Source of the DNA: Anthoceros angustus
Lineage: Eukaryota; Plantae; Anthocerotophyta
Direction of reading: 5' to 3'
DNA length: 64,000 nt
Assembly (NCBI GenBank): GCA_010909165.1
Contig: VJWM01000044.1
Coordinates: 186,001-250,000, forward strand
Part shown: one piece after another, positions 12,367 to 23,190 of the stretch
Numbering within the stretch: position 1 is the first letter of the stretch
Layout of the letters: the number at the start of each line of letters is the position of its first letter
Program-made: the position numbers and the translations under genes
The notes under the pieces: generated by a model
The model's input: only the letters and a program-made list of their open reading frames with translations
Database searches by the model: none
What the model was told of the DNA's origin: nothing

Positions 12367-14879
12367 CACTTCCAGGAAAAGTATACTTTTACTAATTGCA
12401 GTTTTACAACAGGGGTGCATTTTACCACGACTGCCCATTTTACTACGTCAATTGAAGGCACCGTTTCAAGTCCATGTATTATTTTCAAGTATAGCCCTGA
12501 ATTTACTAAACCTCATTCCAACTTTACTACAGGGCTTGTTTTGCCAAAGGCGCAACAGCTGACGTGGCAAAATAAAATGGATTTTACTACGGGGCACTTG
12601 TTACTTACAACAGAGCTTATGGACGTTACAACGATGGCATGTTTGTTTACTACGGGCCATCAATTTACTCTGAGGACTTTCTCCATTACAACGGGTTCTT
12701 TTACAACATGCCAATGGTATTTTACAACATCCCATAGTTTACTACACACCGTAGGGTTTTCAACAAGACCCTTTACGACTAGACACCGTCGTTTACAAAG
12801 ACTAATTTAGAATGGGTTTTGATGATAACCCACATCTTTTACCCTAAAAAGAAAAAGTAGAGGTAAGGTGTACATCGATTCTGACTTGGGCTAGGCCGAC
12901 CCTAAACAAGAACAAGCGGGGACATGCTGAAAAATCCTCCATATGCATCCACATCCTTATGCATCCATATTTTCTTCAAAGACAACGCGTTTTCCACGTG
13001 CAGTGGTCCCGACAACCACTTTATTGTCATACAAAAAAGTTTGAATTAGTTTGGGTGACACAAGGGTAAAGGGATCATCTTGAACTCTGGTAGAAGGATA
13101 ACAAGATCTAGGGTTCACTATGTGCATTCCAGAATTGTCCTTCTTCAATCCCTTGCTGTGATCATTTGCATCCTCATAAACTAGTTTGAACCACTTAACC
13201 TTTAAAAATTAGTCGTTGATGACAACCCAAAGTCAACCTTTAAAATTTTCTGCACTATTCCCACATATGGCGAGGAGAAGTGTGGCGAGGATTAGGGTTT
13301 GGGTCAAATTAACCTTGGCCTTCAAAATTGAGTTGAATATGTCGGATGAGGGTTAGGGTTTGGTTAAAGTAACCTTGGGCTTCGGGATTCGCATGGAATA
13401 TGCTGGCTTGAGGTCTAGGGTTCGGGTAAAGTCTCAATCCTAGGGCAGACATAGGGGACCGTAGGTGCTGCCGCATGATCAAAGCAGTTGTACTTTCTAT
13501 TTTGTGCTGAGGAGGAAGGTGCCATGAAGAGGGTGAAGGATACGGGTAGCAATACCTACACATGCTTTGGCCATTGGGGGCAGCGTGGTTTTCTGGATAG
13601 GTTCAGAGGAAAGTTTGGGAGGGAGCCAACCGTGGATGAGATCAGAGCTGTTGGTACAGTTCACGGAAATTGGCTGGTGAAGCTGAGCGTTTTGGATGAA
13701 TTCCAAAATCACAAGTCCCGCTTTGGGTCCACAGGTTAACTCACGGGGGATTGACACTGCTATTAACGTGTGGAACCTGTTGGTTGAGGCAGGTTACCCA
13801 ACCGATGAATGCGATACCCAATCATGGGGCTTGGCTTACAAAGTTGAAAGAGTTTTGGATGCGATGCGGAACTAGAACTCCAGCTTTGGGTGCAAGTGGA
13901 CCCAAAGGGCGAAGGACAAGGCGATTAATGTGTGGACCTTGTTGAAGGATGCAGGCTATTCCATCAAGGAGTGCGATGAGAAGGTCATGGAGGCCATCCT
14001 AAAGCGAGAATGTCATAGATGACGGTGGATGGTGGGGCATTATCTTCCCGCAAAGTTGCAAGACAAGCTGAGGATGCTTGAGCATGATTCGTTAGGTCAT
14101 TGTCCGTGACTATTGTGTCTATTTTGTGATAGCCTGAAGTTCTGTGAACTTGAACCGATTTAAGTTCGTGGTTCTCTTTTTGCAGGTGGCAAACCTTTGG
14201 GGCACGGTCTTTGAGTTGAGGTCTGGGTGGAGAAAATTCTTAGATGCCCGTGTAGCATGTAGGGGCTGGGAGTCTAATATATTGTAGGATGTAGGTGCAA
14301 TCCCCAAATTCAAGACCCCATAACCCACACACCCGCCTAGCACTCCTTCATTTTACTACAACAGAGTGCACTTTACTACAATATAAATCCGTATTTTACT
14401 TTACTACGGTCCTGATTACATCAGATTTTTACTACGCGCCTTATTTTGCAGCCGTGTGTTTTACAACGGCCCGTTATAACTACAGTTCACTGATTAACCT
14501 AACCATGGTTACATAACTATGGTTTATAAACCACTGTTATTTAACTTCAGTTAATAAACTTGAGTTAATTCACTTTGGTTACTTAACCATATTTTATTAA
14601 CCACGATTACAGTTGTAAATGCCGTTGTAGATCACTGTAGTAATTGTTGTTGTAAAGTGAACTGTAGTTAAACCCTAACTGATGTACGGTCAACTCCGTA
14701 AAGTACATCGTATGTATGTCACATACGAATACGGTATATAGCCATGGTATACGGTGTGAAGACATTACCACGGAAATTAATGCTATGTGTTTACAACGGG
14801 TATTTTACTACAGGTGTAGTAATTCTGTAGTAATGTCCGTAGTAAATTCCGTTGTAAAGGACACGTTTTCCTAGTAGTG
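12367..14879. mobile_element. Non-autonomous CACTA/CMC-type DNA transposon (2513 bp) inserted in the gypsy RNase H
   Basis: Left end CACTTCCAGGAAAA; right end TTTTCCTAGTAGTG (reverse complement CACTACTAGGAAAA). Dense subterminal TTTAC(T/A)AC repeats occur at both ends, inverted near the right end. Removing the element restores GAA GTG TAC AGC GAT (EVYSD) with TGTA duplicated. Confidence 0.88.
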
Positions 14880-15641
14880 TGTACAGCGATGCCTCAGACG
14901 TGGCCATAGGTGGAGTGTTGATGCAAGACCATAAGCCGATAGCTTTTGAGTCAAGGAAATTGCATCCTTATGAGTTGAAGTATCCCACCTATGAGAAGGA
15001 AATGACTGCTGTCATTCATTGTCTGAAGGTATAAAGACACTATCTCTTGGGCAGATCTTTTGTGCTCTATACTGATAATATCAGCACAACATACTTCTCT
15101 AACCAATTGAAGTTGTATGCAAGACAAGCTAGATGGCAAGATTTCCTAGCTATGTATGATGTGACTCTCAAGTATAAACTTGGAAAAGAGAATAAGGTTG
15201 CAGATGCGCTGAGTTGCAAGAAGAGTCAGGAAGTAAAGGCAATGGCAATGCTGGTTGAACCTATGGACACTCACAAGCAGATCAAGGAAGCATATCTGCA
15301 GGATCCAGATGTTCAAGACTGGATTAATGGAATAGAGCGGAAAGGAAGCAAGTTCAAACTGAGGGATGGTTTGTTGATATACAAACAAAAGAGGATTGTG
15401 ATCCCAAATTCTTCAGAATTGAAGAGCAAATTGCTTGCTGAATGTCATGATGTGCCAAGTGCAAGTCACCGTGGAATTGACCCCACTTATGAGAAGCTAA
15501 GGAAGTTGTTTTACTGGCCGGGAATGTATCAGGATACAGTGGATTATGTCAAGGCATGTGCTGTTTGTCAGCAGGATAAGGTGGAGCAAGCTAAACCAAG
15601 AGGTTTGCTACAGCCCCTACCTATTCCAAGTGGACCATGGA

Positions 15642-16055
15642 AGTATGCACAAGTTGCGCATCCTTAGAGAACTTGATTGCTGCCCAAGGTGAAGTCTCCA
15701 CGATGCATGATTCGCAAAAGATGAAGATTAGAGTAGCATTGGGCATATGATAGTATAGAGCTCAAGCATAGAGAGCTATAGCTCTGATACTATGATGAGA
15801 ATCAATAGCTCTTAGGCACAAAGTGCTAGAATACAATGAATTAAGAAAGCAAGAGTACAAGCCTATTTAAAGGCCATATGGTTGCAACCATAAGTTGTTG
15901 CAACCAACTTGTAACTATAAAGTAGTTATAACTAATAACTACCATCTATTAACTACCAAAAATAACTACCTATGCCTTAGCATTTAATTAATCATTAAAT
16001 GCTAGTGCCCTAGTGAATAGTGCCCTAGTGCCCTAGATGGTCATATATTTCATTT
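15642..16055 (-). mobile_element. Copia-type 5' LTR (about 15793-16055) with Met-tRNA PBS and a short internal stretch, antisense within the gypsy integrase
   Basis: GCTCTGATACTA at 15781-15792 is the reverse complement of TAGTATCAGAGC (canonical PBS TGGTATCAGAGC) and abuts TGATGAG, the LTR end. A TTTAAATA box lies on the minus strand near 15865. The right boundary is approximate. Confidence 0.7.
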
Positions 16056-16059
16056 GCAG

Positions 16060-16565
16060 GTCTATCAACTTTTATGTAGCAAGAGGAGACTATGAGAAGA
16101 CTGAGCTCACCCTCATCTTTTAGTGTGACTCTGGACAAGGTGCTGGCAGCCGAAAGGAAGCCTAAATGGAATAAAAAAGGAGGGCAGGGCAAGCCTACTA
16201 ACAGTAACCCCGACAAAGGTGATAAGAGGAAAAAGAAAGGAGCATGCAATTGGTGTCCAATACAGCCGAAAGGAAGCCTAAATGGAATAAAAAAGGAGGG
16301 CAGGGCAAGCCTACTAACAGTAACCCCGGCAAAGGTGATAAGAGGAAAAAGAAAGGAGCATGCAATTGGTGTCCAATAGAAGGGCACTGGGACTATGACT
16401 GCCGTAAGAAAAAGGCTTGTGAACCATGCAAGAACAGGCCCCTTAAGACACATGTTGCTGAATCTTCAACAAGGACTGTACCTTCAGTAATGACAATTTG
16501 TTTCCTTTCCACTTGCACATCACCTTCTTTGTGGGACTTGGACTCCGGAGCCTCTGCCATTCCCT
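16060..16565 (+). mobile_element. Copia gag-protease fragment with an internal 116-bp tandem duplication
   Basis: CNWCPIEGHWDYDC zinc knuckle followed by the copia protease motif WDLDSGAS. Duplicate units lie at 16147-16262 and 16263-16378. Confidence 0.8.
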
Positions 16566-17633
16566 TTTCGCTAATCATGGATTTCCCAAATCCTAGCGAA
16601 CAAGGAAGAAGGAGGAAAGTTAAGACCCAGACACATTTCATCCCTACAAAGAAGCGAGTGATAGCTTCTGAGGTAGCCAGCTTGTTTAAGAAGAATGTAT
16701 ATAAGTACCATGGCTTGCCTATGCAGATTGTGAGTGACAGGGATCCAAGGTTCACAGGAGAATTTTGGTAGCATTTGATGAGAAGCTTGAATGAGGAATT
16801 ATGTATGAGCACAGCTTTCCATCCAGATACTGATAGCTCAACTGAGCGAGTCAACTGAATCCAAGAAGAATACTTAAGGCATTATGTGCAGATTGATCAG
16901 AGGGATTGGACTGATCATCTAGACAATGTAGAATTTTGTTATAACAACACTGCACACAGCTCTCTGGGATGTAGTCCTTTTGAGATGGGAGGAAATTCAG
17001 CACTGAACGTGGTATCCATGCTAAATGCTGAAGTTTTTAACACTACCTCTAGAGATCCACGTCGATTCATTGAGCAGTTGAAGGCTAGGCATGAGATTGC
17101 CAAAGGAATTTTAGCCAAGGCTCAAGCACATCAGAAGAAATATGCTGATAGGCACAGGAGAGAAACTGTCTTCAACGTTGGGGATAAAGTATGGGTAAAA
17201 TTGAAGCATTTCCCATTACCTCAAGGATTAACTCTTAAATTAAGGCCAAGATATGGTGGTCCATTTGTAGTCTTGAAGCGCATTGGAGAAGTGGCTTACA
17301 AGTTACAATTGCCTGAATGGATTTTTGCACACAATGTGTTTCATGTATCACTACTGAAACCATTTGTGCCAGGTAAAGAGAAAGAAGACATGGACAAGAA
17401 GAAGCACAATATTCTCGTGCAGCATAATCAAGGATTGCGGTAAATTGAGGAATTCCTTGCAGAGAATAGCGTGGCTACAAAACGTGGAATCGTACCATAG
17501 TATATGGTAAAGTTGCGTGGGATCTCACATCCAGTTTGAGTAACGTTAGAGGATATTCAGAAAGGATCTTGGATGATCTCTCGATACGTTGGCTATCACT
17601 GAAAACATTGATTCTTTTCCCAGTGGAAGAGAA

Positions 17634-18181
17634 AGTAAGAAGCCTTGCATGAGAAGCATGCAGCCCTGGATCTAGTTAGTAATTTGTAAGTAGTGGTGAT
17701 AAGACTTAGCTTAGGGCCTAAGGAAGAAAGAAAGTATGCTTTAAGCAGTTACTTTGGAAATGTTGTAAGTCTCCCTATAAAAGGAGATTAAGCTAGCTCT
17801 AGAGAAGCATGTTGTGATCCTAGCATGGGGAGCTACACTCTTGAGGATAGGACTTTGGAACCTAGAGGCCTTAGGAGCCTGGAGTGTGAACATGTTTAGA
17901 AGGATCCTAGCACTTGGGAGCTACACTCTTTTGAGGATAGGACTGTGATGTCTAGAGGCCTTAGGAGCCTAGAGTGTGAGAGTGCTAGAGGAGAGCTGTT
18001 GAGGAGGAGATCGAGGGGAGAGAGTTAAACTCCTAGCTTAGGCAAAGATGGGGAGCTCTTTCTGATCTCATGTATTCTTGTTGTTGACTCTTGCTGGAAT
18101 AAACAGCAGCAGCAGACGTGCTGACTGCTAGTCGTCCCGTAGAAGGATGGCGGGCTACTTGGAGGCTTAGTTCTGGTGTCA
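17634..18181 (+). repeat. 3' LTR of the chromovirus
   Basis: Follows the purine tract GTGGAAGAGAAA. Contains CTATAAAAGG (17775), an internal ~80-bp duplication (17817 and 17903) and AATAAA (~18098), and ends ..TGGTGTCA. Confidence 0.75.
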
Positions 18182-18415
18182 TGGTGATGTTTTTGTCGCT
18201 AACTGCGTGACTGCCCCCACCTCCCTAAAAAGGGGGTGTTACTCATATGGAACTTCTTGTACCAGCCAGCGAAATGCCAAATTCCTCGGAGTTCTCCTGA
18301 TCCCAACTGGTTGAATAGGCCCTGCCAACTCCCGTAGCTGTTGTGATGCTTTGGCCTGTCCCTGTCCGGACAAGATACCGTGCTTGGGCGCACCGATTCT
18401 CTCTTATCCGCAGGC

Positions 18416-20774
18416 ATGGTGCTGCTGCAGTTGTGTTCGTCACCGCTGGGACTTCCTCTACGTCCTGTTGCCTCCCCCGCTCGCTTCCATATTCGCGTCG
18501 CAAACCCAGCCGTAGCTGTACCATTTCGGCGAAAGGACCCGGGGAATCTGGCAGACCTGGTTGGAGCGCCTCCCGCTGGCCGTTCTCAGCTTTCAAGCCG
18601 GTGTTGCGCTCAGCAGGTTGAGGATGATGTGGACGGACAGACAGGTTTGCCGCAAGCTGATGCCGAGCCTATCGATAATTTCAATCTTCTAACGAGCGTA
18701 AGCAGCCCTTACAACACCATTACAGTGCTGGAATCGCCGGCAGGCTCAGCCTCGCGCTTTGCAGGCTCCAGGCTGCTACTGCTGGATTATTCGGGTGAGC
18801 TGGACCTGTGTCTTTACTAGGCACGACGACATTGTTTTTAAGTTGAGGTGCACGACATTGTTTTTATGTTGTGGTGCAATGCTGGTGTATTCGTCAGCAT
18901 AGACTCTAGATTGGAACTAAGGTTGGTTGCAGGAAATGTACACAGCATATACAAACCGGATACAAACTGGACTGGTTCCTACTGGGTTAGTCTTGCAAGT
19001 GAAAACATTTCATGCAGTTTTCTGTTCTCGGATGCTGCACTGGTAGCTACACTGCGCGCATGTTGACCATTTGCTTTGCCTCTGCTCCGGCTTCCTTGTC
19101 TGTCGGATATCAGGATGAGTTTGCAAGTTTACCAGCTATCATTCCTGAAGGACCTGTTGCAATTCTAGGTTTGGTAAGATGACTACGAAACTTGGTCTTT
19201 TGTTGTGTGCAAGTCTTGTGCCGTCCTTTTGCTGGAAATGCCGTCGGCTAGTGATAAAACCTGTGAGCTTCAGCTGAAGCAGTTCATGATACTTCATTCT
19301 TAATATGCTTCACTTGCTGTGTCAGGGTGGTGGGTCATCGGCAAGGCTTATTTTGGAACTGTGGCCATCTCTTAAGTTGATTGGTTACGAAATTGATGAA
19401 CTTGTACGTATTTTCATTCATTAGACTGTATGGGTTCTCTGTTGCGTACACTGTTCCAGAGTTGATTTAAGCTGAGGTATGACCTTTTGTGTGATGAGCT
19501 TGTCAAATGTTCGTTGAAAAATGTAGATGACTGTAAATGGAATGGAGGAGGGCATTTGCCCCATTCATACTAGACTCCAGTATAATTGGTAGATAATATC
19601 ATATTGTCAAGGAAACATATGCAATTTCAAACATCAACTGAGCACCATTTCAACCAGACTACCCAGGGCAACTGCTTGGATTGTTTGTGAGTAAGAGAGC
19701 AAACAATATCATTCTGGCCTGTTCCGTTGAGAGTCGGCCCCCTTCTTAGGTATCATGCTAGAGATCTTCAATTCTGGACCACGAATTGTGGCATCAGTCA
19801 TGCTGGAACTGATAGGATAATCTGTCATCATACTGTTCACTGATGTTACTTTGAGTGGCCTTGCCTCAGCTGGTGGGGAAGGCTAAGATGTACCTGGGAC
19901 TAGCAGAGCTGGAGGTGCCAACCAAACAGGGTGGAGTGTTGTCCATCGAAATTGCTGATGCTCTGTCGCCTGCAGCTACAGTCGATGGTGGCTTTGCAGG
20001 TACCTCTTGTTAGGTTCCTAGTATTGAGTTCAAGGTTGCATTCTGTTAATTTTTAAGGTCCTGATTCTGAGTCCAAATTTCTTGGCCTCATGGTCTGATT
20101 CAGCAGATCAATTGAATGTCAGCGTGTTTGGTCTCCTGTCTGCTGGGAGCTTAGATCTTGCTTAAACAACGATATCGTGAAATGCAGGCATCATCGTTGA
20201 CCTATTTGTGGAGGGAGAAGTTCTACCTCAGCTTCGCAAGGCATGTCTACTGCCTGTTGTCTGTTCACCGTTTGAAGGCATGTTGTGGCACTAAAAGTCG
20301 AGGCTACGTGCAGAGTGAGACGTGGAAGCAGCTAAAGACGAAACTGAAGCCTGATGGTCGAATAATGGTGAACTGTGGAGGTGAATGCGTCGAGAAGAGT
20401 GATCCAAAAGCAGATGATCTAGACGGAACTTGGACATGGGAAGATGGGGGAAGTGCCAAAGACGCCACTTTATCAGCGCTGTCATCAGTATTTCCAGGAC
20501 AGGTAAGTGGAACCTTGCCAAAGACGTCACTTTATGAGCACTTTCACCAGTATTTCCAGGACAGGTAAAAGGAACCTTTCTGTTTGAGGATCAATCTGCT
20601 CTAAAAATCTGAGCCACTTGTATTTCTACGCCCCAGGTCTGGTGGAGAAAGATGGAGGATGAAGCTGCTGATAATCACTTTGCACTCACTGGAGACCTTC
20701 CCGACCGCGTTCAGTGGGCCAACCAGTTACCTGAAAAGCTGAAGAAAGCTGTTTTTTCCTGGAAGGCTTTGTAG
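18416..20774 (+). CDS. Class I SAM-dependent methyltransferase (spermidine-synthase-like fold) with a probable plastid transit peptide; exons 18416-18794, 18933-18985, 19114-19173, 19326-19403, 19870-19999, 20188-20240, 20314-20502, 20637-20774
   Basis: SPYNTITVLE, NVHSIY..WTGSYWDEF, motif I AILGLGGG, YEIDE, GIIVDLF and LKPDGRIMVNCGG splice in frame. The N-terminus is Ser/Ala/Arg-rich. Intron 6 needs a GC donor. Confidence 0.88.
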
Positions 20775-21997
20775 CATTCAGCACAGACTTTAGAAGTAGG
20801 ACTCAGTTATACCCCAAAATGATCACAGTCTCCAGCATCTAGAGTATCCACGATATCACGGGCCCACGGGCTCGAACGGTGAGTGTACAAGCCATCTCTC
20901 CAGTTCAACAAATGTCTCGTAGCAGGTCTTGGAAGAGATAGTCGATCACCCAACGGGCTCAGATGTGTACAACACATGCTTTGGCAGACTTGCGGGAGGA
21001 GCCGTAGGCAGCATGTGTAATTCATCAACAGAGGGGAGAGAAGTGGTTGTCAGATGATCAAATAGTTAAAAAAGAGATCAAACTCGGTAGTGGTGCAGGG
21101 AGCACGCAGAACGAGACTGTGTACAGCCAGGTTGCTTTGGAGTGCGGGACATACCGAATGCAGATACGTCGACGTGCGCCGATACATGCATGAAGGCAGG
21201 CCTTGGCATGCAACAGTGTGATGAAATCATTCACTGGGAGTTTGGGACAGACGTGCACGCATATTGAAGTTGGTGTGATATGACTGCGAGATTGACCCGC
21301 AGGGCTCGGAGCTCAGGGGGCCACGGTGAAAGGTCTTGCACAGAAGAGAAGACTCGCATTCCACAACTCAGTATTACGAACACGCCACTGAATAGAGCGC
21401 GCACACGAAGTCTAAATTCATCCCTACCACTGCTAATCCAGGTCTGCGATTCCTCGCTGCGAGAGCGGCCAAGGTGCATACTAGTTGACAGCAAGAGGAG
21501 ATCTGAGAAATCAGATGGAACTGCCAATAGAAGAGCAGCTGCGGCTGTAGCTTGCAGTGCAGTGTCCTCCAGAGCAAGAAGGATGCAAACAGGATATGGG
21601 TGACATGGGCCTACCAGCAAGCTGCTCACAGAGTCTAGGTCTATCAGAGGCCATGTCTCTCGAACAAACAGGAGACTGCAGCCAGCTTGCGCTCAGGAAG
21701 TCGGTGCTGGAGGTGTCCTGAGTTAAAAGCCAGGGCAACACTAAAACCTGGATCGAACAAAAACCGCTCGATCGAACGTTGCTGGTCGAGATGATGCAGA
21801 CTAGGCCCATGCTCCTGAGCTGCTCCGCTCCTGCAAAACTGCAAGCACAGAAACGCAACAATCGCAGGATCGAGTACATACACGTCGTGAAAAGTCAGCT
21901 GAGCAGAAACCAGCTCACTCGTGCACTATAAGGAAAGTGAAGCTCGGTGAACAAACACACGAGGCAGCAACGAGGAGGAGCGACTGAGAGCTAGCAG

Positions 21998-22078
21998 ATG
22001 TGATATTGGCGCGGCTCAATCTGATGCCTTCGCTACGCCCTAGCGTTGTCATCTGATTGAGCCTTACCAACATCACAT
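21998..22078 (-). ncRNA. MIR171: MIR171 precursor hairpin; mature miR171 UUGAGCCGCGCCAAUAUCACA at 22019-21999
   Basis: The 3' arm GAUUGAGCCGCGCCAAUAUCACAU pairs with the 5' arm AUGUGAUGUUGGUAAGGCUCAAUC (2 mismatches, 2 G:U), with a structured loop between them. The mature sequence matches the conserved miR170/171 family. Confidence 0.95.
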
Positions 22079-22537
22079 ACATTTCACTACTCAGACACCA
22101 CGTCTCTCGTCTCGCAGCCAGGCCAGAACAGAACAGAGCCAACACGCAAGATTGCAGCGGGAGGTGAAGCTGATCCACGTACGGTGTCGCCTTGCACACG
22201 GCGACAGGCGAGCCACCAAAGTGAACGACACCAGCAGAGGGTTCCACGCTCTTAGCTTTCTCCAGAGACAAGGAGGTGAACTCCAAGAGTCCCAGAAATC
22301 CAGCAGTACCCAATCTAGACACGCAAGGAGCAAAACCAAGGCCAGGGCCACGCCTGGGACAACCCGCTCTCCCAAGCCCCGCGGACAGAGCGTGAACTCC
22401 CCACGCAGCCCTTGCCCCAGCTCATCCCCAAGTATCTAATTCACGGGTCACACAACAAAGGAGAAACCCGCCGGTTGAAATAGGAAAGAGCAGCCCAGCA
22501 GGGCAGAGCAGAGCAGAAGAGAGCAGGGCGGAGCCGA

Positions 22538-23190
22538 GCTCCAGCTCCAGCTCCAGCTCCAGGAGGAGAGGAGGTCCCATCTCCCCGTGGCTACCAGGTG
22601 CGGTAGCTCAAGACAAAGAGAATTGATGGGAAGGGAGGGGGAGGGAGGCCGCTCTTATCCCCCGCCGGCCCCTCTCTCTGACGTCGCCTCTGTCAAGGAG
22701 GCAATCAATTGGAGCACTTTGAATCCGCGGAGGGTGCCATGCCAGGGGGAAGAGCATCGTCCTGGGAGCTAGCGTGGCCTGGCTGGCTGGAGAGAAGCGG
22801 TGGAGGACTGGGGCCTGGCCCTGCAACAGGGCAGGCAGGGCAGGGCAGGGCAGGGCAGGGAGAGCAGGGAGAGCAGGGCAGGGCAGGGCAGGGCAGGGCA
22901 GGCTGCCATGCCATGCCCATCACTCTTTCCATTGCCGTTGCCGTTGCCGTTGCCATCGCCATCGCCATTGCCATTCCCATGCCATCCCCCGGCTGGCTCC
23001 CTGCTGCGGCTTCTGCCGCACCAGGCGGGCATTAAATGCGTAGCCTTTCTCACGCTCAGCGCGTTCGGGGGCAGCCCGTTTCTGGCCGCCCGGTATTGGC
23101 CACCAGTTTCCGCTCCGCTTTAGGTACGGTTCTCCCCCACCATTCTCCAGCCTGGGCTGGCTGGGCTGGCTGGCTGGCTGGCTGGGCACC
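22538..23190. repeat. Microsatellite cluster upstream of MIR171: (CCAGCT)n, (GGGCA)n, (TTGCCG/ATCGCC)n, (GGCT)n
   Basis: Visible directly at about 22540-22562, 22829-22902, 22932-22975 and 23150-23185. Confidence 0.9.

Larger units (their letters stand above)
9897..18181 (+). mobile_element. Degenerate Ty3/gypsy chromovirus (gag, PR, RT, RNase H, integrase, chromodomain, 3' LTR); 5' LTR missing; interrupted by two nested insertions
   Basis: Gag with CFSCGEQGHFAKDC zinc knuckle (9971-10798); LLD(S)..HNFI protease (~10920); [20 protein letters not shown]; VYSDAS RNase H resumes at 14880; integrase HHCC region (CHDVP..H..CAVCQ) and IVSDRDPRFT core; chromodomain-like remnant at 17440-17590. Many stops and frameshifts. 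Confidence 0.93.
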
